Below, piece after piece: positions 25,360 to 32,000 of a stretch of 32,000 nt of DNA. The notes under the pieces were generated by a model. That model saw nothing but the letters and a program-made list of their open reading frames with translations. It did no database searches and was not told where the DNA came from. The DNA comes from Wolbachia endosymbiont of Cimex lectularius. Its GTDB lineage: Bacteria > Pseudomonadota > Alphaproteobacteria > Rickettsiales > Anaplasmataceae. A program made the position numbers and the translations under genes. Location: assembly GCF_000829315.1 (NCBI RefSeq), contig NZ_AP013028.1, positions 270,001-302,000 on the forward strand, in the 5' to 3' direction. The number at the start of each line of letters is the position of its first letter. The stretch's first letter is position 1.

Positions 25360-26535
25360 ATGAAGTTGAAATACTGCCTAGTAGCGCTGCTTTTGTTATT
25401 ATTCTCGCAAAATAGTGCTAACGCTAGGGTAATTCCGGATAAGGGAATATTTTATGCAGAACTGGAGGGAAAAATAGACTTGAGGTTTGGCTACGCTTTT
25501 AATAAAGATTCTTTCAATATTAAGCCTAAAGACAAGATTTCAAGTCATTCACACTTGTGCTTTCTTTATTTACAGCAGGTTTATCCGAATACTCAAATGG
25601 GGTTTAATGTTAAGGTAGGAGTTTCTGGTATTGCAAACCTAAAGGAGTTGGATATAACAAAACTGGGCATGGAAGAATGGTATTTTATCATAAAAAACCG
25701 GGGGCTTGGATCAATTGAGTATGGGAAAGGAAGTTTAGCCAGCCAAAGTATGCTGATCAATACTTCAAAAATTTACGTGGCTGCTGGAGGAGTAAATGGT
25801 TGGTGGACAAACTACGCAAATCTGCGTGGCGATGAAAAGAGGGGCATTGGTACTGGATACGATAAAGACAAAGTCTTTTGGGTTAAACCCAATATTTATA
25901 GTGATTATAATGGACTAGAGCTGAAATTAAAGCAACCAGCAATAAGCTATACCTCCCCTGAGATTTATAACTTTCAACTTGGGCTTAGTTATGTTCCAGG
26001 GAAGAATAACTTGTATTATAACAATCTAGTTGCTGCTGGCCTTTCCTATAAGAATAGTTTGTCGGATGATATAAATTTTACTGCTGCTTTAACTGGTGAA
26101 TTTGCAAGGGAAAATTTAACTGATTGCTCAGATGAAACTTCTGAAGGTTATGAATGTTGTAATCAATTATTGCACTGGAATTTTGGCTTAAACCTGAAAC
26201 TTTTCGACCTTGATTGCATTTTTTCATACGGTAATGGTGGTAAATCGGGTAAGAGATATAATCCTGAAACGACTAATACGTATTATACGAATGCAGGTGT
26301 CGCTTACCGCTCTGATTCTCGCAAATTGAGCTTAACATGTTTTAATAGTGGTCGGGATATTGCAGACAAAGGTACGAACAAATTAACATCATATGCTTTA
26401 AGCCTTGAAAGTTCTCTTTTTATGGGCAGTTCATACTATTTCGATATTGTAAAATTTAATGCCGAAGAGCCCATCGAAGAGTCTAAAAATAACTCAGGTT
26501 ACGTGCTTTTGGCTGGGTTGAAGTTAAGTTTTTGA
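25360..26535 (+). CDS. outer-membrane beta-barrel (porin-like) protein
   Basis: Signal peptide MKLKYCLVALLLLLFSQNSANA. Alternating hydrophobic strands, aromatic girdle residues, C-terminal LLAGLKLSF with terminal Phe. Confidence 0.6.
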   Translation: MKLKYCLVALLLLLFSQNSANARVIPDKGIFYAELEGKIDLRFGYAFNKDSFNIKPKDKISSHSHLCFLYLQQVYPNTQMGFNVKVGVSGIANLKELDITKLGMEEWYFIIKNRGLGSIEYGKGSLASQSMLINTSKIYVAAGGVNGWWTNYANLRGDEKRGIGTGYDKDKVFWVKPNIYSDYNGLELKLKQPAISYTSPEIYNFQLGLSYVPGKNNLYYNNLVAAGLSYKNSLSDDINFTAALTGEFARENLTDCSDETSEGYECCNQLLHWNFGLNLKLFDLDCIFSYGNGGKSGKRYNPETTNTYYTNAGVAYRSDSRKLSLTCFNSGRDIADKGTNKLTSYALSLESSLFMGSSYYFDIVKFNAEEPIEESKNNSGYVLLAGLKLSF

Positions 26536-26623
26536 TAAATGCATTGCAGCAGTTTAGATAGTTTTGCTTTACTTGAAAACCAACTCACTGCATTATGTCC
26601 ATAGAATATTGCTATATCAAAAC

Positions 26624-27754
26624 ATGCTACAACTGCTAACCTTACTCACTATTATTGCTTCAGTTGTATTTTTTGGTCATTTAGTTCCAATAGAAGCAAA
26701 AACATTTTTGTACTCATTGAGCTTAAGTATCAAAGAAATTTTGCTATTTATAATGCCTTTTATTGTCTTTGCGTTAATCTTCAGCAGTATTAACAATCTT
26801 AAGCAGTCGGCTATAAAGTTTATACTATTACTTGTTATAATGATTTTCTTATCGAATCTAGCTTCAAGTTTAATTGCTTATTCGATTGGACATTTTGTCC
26901 TGCAAAACACTTATTCGATACAAGATATAACATATGAAGAAACAATTGCTCCTTTGTGGTCGTTTAAGCTGCCGCTACTCCTTTCTAACTTTCACGCTCT
27001 CGCTTATGGATTTATGTCCAGTTTGATAGTGTCTGTTCTGCTACCCAAAAAGAGCAAAGAGTTCTCGCGCAAAATGTCGGACTTAACTTTGTTTATTCTA
27101 AAAGTCTTTTTGATACCAGTTATTCCAGTATTCGTACTTGGGCTTGCTTTAAAAATGCAACATGATCAGGTTCTATCTATAATATTCAAAGATTACTCAA
27201 TAATTTTTGTTATTATAGCATCTGTAACTTACTTTTATGTTTTTCTCTTATACGGAGCAGCAAATTCGTTTAAGATCAAAGGCTGGATAACTAGCATAAG
27301 CAATATGATACCAGCACTTATTACTGCGATGAGTACAATGTCTAGCAATGCAACTATGCCACTTACTCTTGAAGGAAGCAAAAAAAATGTAAAGCAACCT
27401 GATGTAGCATCGTCTGTTATACCAATAACTGCTGGCTTTCATTTAGTAGGTGATTGCTTTTTTATTATAATATTATCGATGATAATAACTTCTGGTTATG
27501 CATTGTCCACAACAGACTATGTAACTTTCCTTCTTTATTTTTTGTTATTTAAGTTTGCTATTGCTGCAGTTCCGGCAGGAGGAATTGTGGTAATGCTGCC
27601 TGTTCTTGAAAGGTACCTTAAATTCTCTCCAGAAATGCTCTCGCTGATCACAGCATTATATGTAGTGTTTGATCCAATAATAACTTCAGCAAATGTTATG
27701 GGCAATGGTACTTTTACTATAATGTTTACAAAACTCTATGATAAGCTTAGGTAA
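26624..27754 (+). CDS. dicarboxylate/amino acid:cation symporter (DAACS, GltP-like)
   Basis: Multiple hydrophobic segments. Family-like motifs SSNATMPLT and [15 protein letters not shown]. The track ORF begins at TTG 26564; ATG 26624 (MLQLLTLL) is more plausible. Confidence 0.7.
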   Translation: MLQLLTLLTIIASVVFFGHLVPIEAKTFLYSLSLSIKEILLFIMPFIVFALIFSSINNLKQSAIKFILLLVIMIFLSNLASSLIAYSIGHFVLQNTYSIQDITYEETIAPLWSFKLPLLLSNFHALAYGFMSSLIVSVLLPKKSKEFSRKMSDLTLFILKVFLIPVIPVFVLGLALKMQHDQVLSIIFKDYSIIFVIIASVTYFYVFLLYGAANSFKIKGWITSISNMIPALITAMSTMSSNATMPLTLEGSKKNVKQPDVASSVIPITAGFHLVGDCFFIIILSMIITSGYALSTTDYVTFLLYFLLFKFAIAAVPAGGIVVMLPVLERYLKFSPEMLSLITALYVVFDPIITSANVMGNGTFTIMFTKLYDKLR

Positions 27755-28362
27755 TGTCCATTCTAGCAATTGATACCGTAGGTGCTGGTAGTTCGATCGC
27801 GATAATTGACCACGATGGTAATTGTTTTATAGAGCGCAACTCCACCAGCAATAGTCATGCAGAAACATTTTTTCAAATTTTGAACACTCTGTTCAATAAG
27901 CACGATTATAACTACGATAAAATAGACCATTTAGTGGTGGTGGTTGGACCAGGAAGTTTTACTGGAATTAGAGTTGGTATATCGGCTGCAAAAGGCATAA
28001 ATCTTGCTACGAATAAGCCGTTATACGGAGTGAGTGCACTGGAAGTTCAGGCATATGTAATATCCTTGCTTTGTGCAAACAGCAAAAAAAATATCAGAGC
28101 TATAATCAAAAATGCTCAAGGGTCTTACACGCAGTTATTTGATTTCAATTTATTGCCGCTGTCAGAGCCAGTTGCGGCCCAGTGCGTGATAGGTACTGGG
28201 CCGACAGACAATAACTGCATCACATATGTGGATTGCAATTTATCAGAGTTAAATGCTAGCCATGCAGGACTATTGGTCCGTTATAGGCTAGAAAATAAAC
28301 AAAAATTAAATGGGGTCGACGCTCTATATTTAAATGAGCCCCAGTATATGAAATTATTATAA
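27754..28362 (+). CDS. tsaB: tRNA threonylcarbamoyladenosine biosynthesis protein TsaB (YeaZ)
   Basis: [18 protein letters not shown] and [17 protein letters not shown]. The ATG overlaps the transporter stop by 1 nt (TAATG). Confidence 0.8.
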   Translation: MSILAIDTVGAGSSIAIIDHDGNCFIERNSTSNSHAETFFQILNTLFNKHDYNYDKIDHLVVVVGPGSFTGIRVGISAAKGINLATNKPLYGVSALEVQAYVISLLCANSKKNIRAIIKNAQGSYTQLFDFNLLPLSEPVAAQCVIGTGPTDNNCITYVDCNLSELNASHAGLLVRYRLENKQKLNGVDALYLNEPQYMKLL

Positions 28363-29012
28363 TTACCCTTTTGCGTAAGCTCTATCGATTTGACTAAGTC
28401 TGTACATCTGATTTGTTATTTCTTCGGCTACTTCTTTTATACTCATATTTGAATTTTCTATTTCTATGGCATTCGGCGGTATAAATAAATTACGAGTCCT
28501 AAATTTCTCTATAACACTACTCATGTTAGTAACCTTCCTATTTTCCCTTTGTCTTTTTAATTTAATGCGTTTTTGTAATGTAGGTAGGTCACACTTTAGC
28601 ACTATAGGAAGAATTCTTGTATTCATTCTTTTACTAAGCTCTACTACTGAGTTATATATCCTTATATCGTAGTCGTTATTTTTCATCAATTCATCGATAA
28701 ATATGTAATTTTTTGAATGAATTGATAGGTCTCTATTGCCTGAAGCATAATTTGTGCAACGTTATATATTCTATCTTGGACTTCTTTAGGGATTTGGTCA
28801 TATTCAAAGATATTATCATATATAGAGCGGATTTGAGTATTGTTGGAAAAGTTGCTGTTTACAATCAGTGCACCTATCATATTAGATAATTCTATTGCTG
28901 TAGAAAGCTTGCCACTCCCTGAAAAGCCGATAATATATACGAAAACTCCTGTTATCTGTTCCTTTGTATTAATGTTTATCATATTATTTATAATGTTAAA
29001 ATCTATATTCAT
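28363..29012 (-). pseudogene. P-loop NTPase/kinase (AAA_33-like), frameshifted
   Basis: Walker A GFSGSGKLS. The N-terminal frame ends ..ETYQFIQKITYLSMN*, while the overlapping frame reads ..KNYIFIDELMKNNDYD.. (Walker-B-like IFIDE). The switch is best placed at the A6 run (28709-28714). Likely start ATG 29012. Confidence 0.6.
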
Positions 29013-29246
29013 AATAACATGAAACTTAAACTTTAAAACATTTGAAACATTATATAGAAAAATTATTTTTACAGTTAAGATATTATGTAATTCAGAGACA
29101 TAAATTCCGTGCAAGTTCCATAGATTATGTAATAGAGAATTGCTTACTAAGAATTCCTCTTCCTAATTTACCTCCAAACTAAAAGTATGAGTTTACTACG
29201 AACCTCTTTTCTTGTATAAACTTTCAAAAGATCTTAGCTGAAAATC

Positions 29247-29877
29247 GTGTTGTTAACAAAGAACGAGGTAAAAAGGGACTTAGTCTACGTCTATCAGATT
29301 TTATCTTACTTGGGACTGGATGACCATACATACACTCACCTATCAGCGCGTTCTGAGGATCAAAAGTCGTTTTATATTTATCCATTTGGTATACGCTTTA
29401 ATGAAGTGAATGAAAATTCATTAATGAAGGTGTCATTTGATGGAGATGTTATTGAAGGCAAAGAATATCAATATAATAAAACTAGTTATATAATCCACGG
29501 CTTTATTTATCAAGCAAGGAAAGATATTCAAGCAATTTTTCACTTGCATACACCTTCTATTGTAGCAGTTTCTTCCCTCAAAGATGGGTTACTTCCAACA
29601 AGTCAGTGGGCACTGCATTTTTATAATAAGGTATCTTACCATAGTTATAATCCCCTGGCACTTGATGATACAGAAGGAAAAAGACTAATAGCTGATCTGA
29701 AAGAAAATTTTGTCATGTTAATGCGCAATCATGGGTCTATAACGTGTGGTCGGACTATACAAGAAGCGATGTTTTATACATATCACTTAGAGCAAGCGTG
29801 CAAAACTCAATGTTTAACGTTAGCGATGAATAAGGAATTATCAATTCCAAGCGAAGAAATTTGCTCAAAAGCTGTAA
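29247..29877 (+). pseudogene. class II aldolase/adducin-domain protein, 3' end interrupted by IS copy F
   Basis: GTG start. Family blocks HLSARS, FHLHTP and [16 protein letters not shown]. The IS sits after ..SKAV. The restored frame continues 30741-30808 (RSFSHYYLYPSTLSSCHPNSRH*). Confidence 0.7.
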
Positions 29878-30737
29878 GAACCTGTTTAAAATCTTCGTAA
29901 CAGGAGAGAAATGAAGGAGAGGACTATCATCTGTAAGCTAGTGTTGAGCTTCCGCTCGCAATTTTTCCACAATCGCCTGCACTTTTCTAACCAGGCAAAA
30001 GAGCGTTCAACAACCCATCTTTTTGGCAATACGACGAAAGTGTGTAACTCACTTCGCTTTATTACTTCAACAGTCGCACCAATGATAGCTTTTATTTGTG
30101 TTGCAAAATTTTCTCCTGTGTAGCCAGCATCAACCAGTATGTTTTTAACTTCAGAGAGGTTTGCTTTAGCATTTTCGACCATTTTCACAGCACTGCTACG
30201 GTCAGTTGCTTCTGCCGTTGTTACATAAATTGCATGTGGCAAACCTTGTGTATCAACTGCAATATGGCGCTTTATCCCTGAAATCTTTTTACCTGCATCA
30301 TAGCCTTTTTTTTCAGCAGTATCTGCGTTTTTAACGCTTTGAGAATCAATTATACAAAAGCTAGTTTTCTCTTTCCGACCATTGCTGATACGGACCTCTC
30401 CAACTAATTTTTTTTAAGACTAATTCCAACAAGCTTGGCTCTTCTCCACTCTTTTTACTCCACACTCGAAAATAGTAATATACGCTTTCCCATCTTGGAA
30501 AACCCTTTGGTAACATCCTCCACTGACAACCACTTTTTAAGACGTACAACACCCCACAAAATACGTCATACAAATCAAGTTTTCTTGGTTTTGTTTTCTG
30601 CTTGCTACTCTCCAAAATTGGCCTGATTTTTTCAAACTGCTCTTGACTTATATTACTTGGATAACTTTTCTGCATAGACACCTCATTATTAATCTATGCT
30701 TACTTTACCTCACATTTCCAAGATTTTAAACAGGTTC
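29878..30737 (-). mobile_element. IS5-family copy F (860 bp), apparently intact
   Basis: Same termini. TAA direct repeats 29875-29877 / 30738-30740. T8 at 30408-30415 and T8 at 30306-30313. One N->S difference in orfA. Confidence 0.9.
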
Positions 30738-30785
30738 TAAGAAGCTTTTCGCACTATTATCTTTATCCCAGCACCCTTTCTTCTT

Positions 30786-31085
30786 GTCATCCAAATAGCC
30801 GACACTAGTTCCTTCGGACATTGTCATGCAAGTGCCCAGACACACAACTGTACGAACATTGCAATTAGCAGGTAATTTGCGTAACAGACGGTGTCATCCC
30901 AGTGCTCCGACACTGGGATCCAGCCTTTCCATAATCATCAAAACGTCGTATTTTAACATAAAACAGCTACTTTTATACTCACCAACTTAATAAAATTCCT
31001 GGATGCCAGTGTCAGCTACTTGCATGACACCCTCCTAGTAGCACAATGTTCGTACAGTTGTGCGTCACACGCTGGAATGACACCC
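30786..31085. repeat. MITE-like palindromic repeat element (copy 2, longer)
   Basis: Internal inverted modules cacaactgtacgaacatt (30843-30860) / aatgttcgtacagttgtg (31046-31063). Hairpins ggtgtcatcccagtgctccgacactgggatcc and cctggatgccagtgtcagc... The overall structure is a long imperfect palindrome. Confidence 0.75.
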
Positions 31086-31104
31086 TTCACAGGCTTTTGA
31101 ATTG

Positions 31105-31334
31105 CTTTAGCTATAAATATTAAGAAATTTACCAAGCGAGAAAAAAAGCAAAAGAAACCCCGCTAGCTAGTTATTCACTATCTATCTTTTAAATTGGCGT
31201 TTTTTATTGTCTTAAACGCTTTAACAAGCGCATTTTAGCTTATATTAGGTAAAAACCTTGAAAGTTTATAAAGACATGAGGTGCACATAGTGCAAAAAAT
31301 TAAACATAAGACGCCAAGTACATTGAGTTTTTTG
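31105..31334. repeat. ~230-bp dispersed repeat, right copy (inverted relative to 1904-2130)
   Basis: See feature 1904-2130. Confidence 0.7.
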
Positions 31335-31537
31335 TCGTTTTATCTGCACAGACTGAAGATAAATAATAGCTTCAGTCTCATTATAAAGGGGTTGGAGGAA
31401 CTTATCAAGTAGTTTTTTTGTTTCTATTAGATGACATACGCTGCTAAAAGTTTGTTATATGGTTATGCAAAAGGTCTATTTACTCTGAGTATATTACATG
31501 TATACTTATTACTAAATTAAATTTGAAATGATAAGAA

Positions 31538-32000
31538 ATGAATGAATTTAAATCAATCCGTAATATTGCGATAATTGCACATGTTGACCACGGAAAAACT
31601 ACTTTACTCGATAACATGTTAAAACAAAGTGGCACGTTTCGTGAGAATCAAGAAGTTCAAGAACGAGTGATGGATAGTGGCGATCAAGAGCGTGAACGCG
31701 GAATTACAATACTTGCAAAATGTACGTCAATAATATGGGGCGATGAAAAAATCAACATTATTGATACACCGGGGCATGCGGACTTTGGTGGAGAAGTAGA
31801 AAGGGTGCTATGCATGGCAGATGGTGTGTTGCTGCTGGTTGACGCTGCAGAAGGTCCCATGCCACAGACTAAGTTTGTGCTGTCAAAAGCACTAAAAGCA
31901 GATTTGAAGCCGATTGTGATAATCAATAAGGTTGATCGGCCAGACAGCAGAATTGATGAAGTGTTGAACGAAATATATGAATTGTTTTTTAACCTTGATG
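31538..32000 (+). CDS. typA: translational GTPase TypA/BipA (5' part, runs off the window)
   Basis: [35 protein letters not shown]1 [10 protein letters not shown]3 [15 protein letters not shown]4 NKVDR. The frame is open to position 32000. Confidence 0.9.
   Translation, partial: MNEFKSIRNIAIIAHVDHGKTTLLDNMLKQSGTFRENQEVQERVMDSGDQERERGITILAKCTSIIWGDEKINIIDTPGHADFGGEVERVLCMADGVLLLVDAAEGPMPQTKFVLSKALKADLKPIVIINKVDRPDSRIDEVLNEIYELFFNLD

Noticed and set aside
1904-31334. A 29-kb invertible segment controlled by the adjacent serine recombinase
   Set aside because: The recombinase is inactivated. The repeats are long, diverged and not invertase-type crossover sites. The segment carries essential genes. 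Homologous-recombination-driven inversion remains possible, but a programmed switch is unsupported.
31684-31926. Minus-strand 80-aa ORF
   Set aside because: Antisense to the clearly identified typA GTPase domain.
1-32000. CRISPR arrays, rRNA genes, or a recognisable multi-gene defence or secretion operon
   Set aside because: No regularly spaced short direct repeats, rRNA-like sequence or characteristic gene sets were seen on either strand.

Overview
AT-rich window that reads like a Wolbachia-type (Rickettsiales/Anaplasmataceae) endosymbiont chromosome. This assignment rests on motif and repeat recognition only; no database search was possible. Housekeeping genes are present: ahpC-trxB, a Xer recombinase, lpdA, a BamB-like protein, gyrB, tRNA-Ser, tsaB, a DAACS transporter and typA. 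They are interleaved with heavily eroded accessory DNA. Five full-length, near-identical copies of an 860-bp IS5-family element occur, and one of them is inserted inside another. One copy has mismatched flanks, consistent with an IS-mediated deletion. There is a 598-bp non-coding TIR element with TA flanks, and two MITE-like palindromic elements. A roughly 230-bp repeat sits in inverted orientation near both ends of the window. Several genes are inactivated: a large serine recombinase (two in-frame TAA codons plus an apparent catalytic Ser->Leu change), a class-3 lipase (frameshift plus IS), a P-loop kinase (frameshift), MTHFS (frameshift), a Fic-type C-terminal fragment, and a class II aldolase clipped by an IS. 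Candidate host-interaction genes include an ankyrin protein and an orphan protein, both with a C-terminal two-helix hydrophobic hairpin. Others are an 814-aa WSP-family outer-membrane protein, a second beta-barrel protein, a degenerate PAS/GGDEF-like protein, and a solitary phage/GTA tail-tip (DUF2163/gpL-like) gene abutting tRNA-Ser. No CRISPR array, rRNA or recognisable multi-gene defence operon was seen. The most unusual signals are in the mobile-element architecture, not in a clean new operon.
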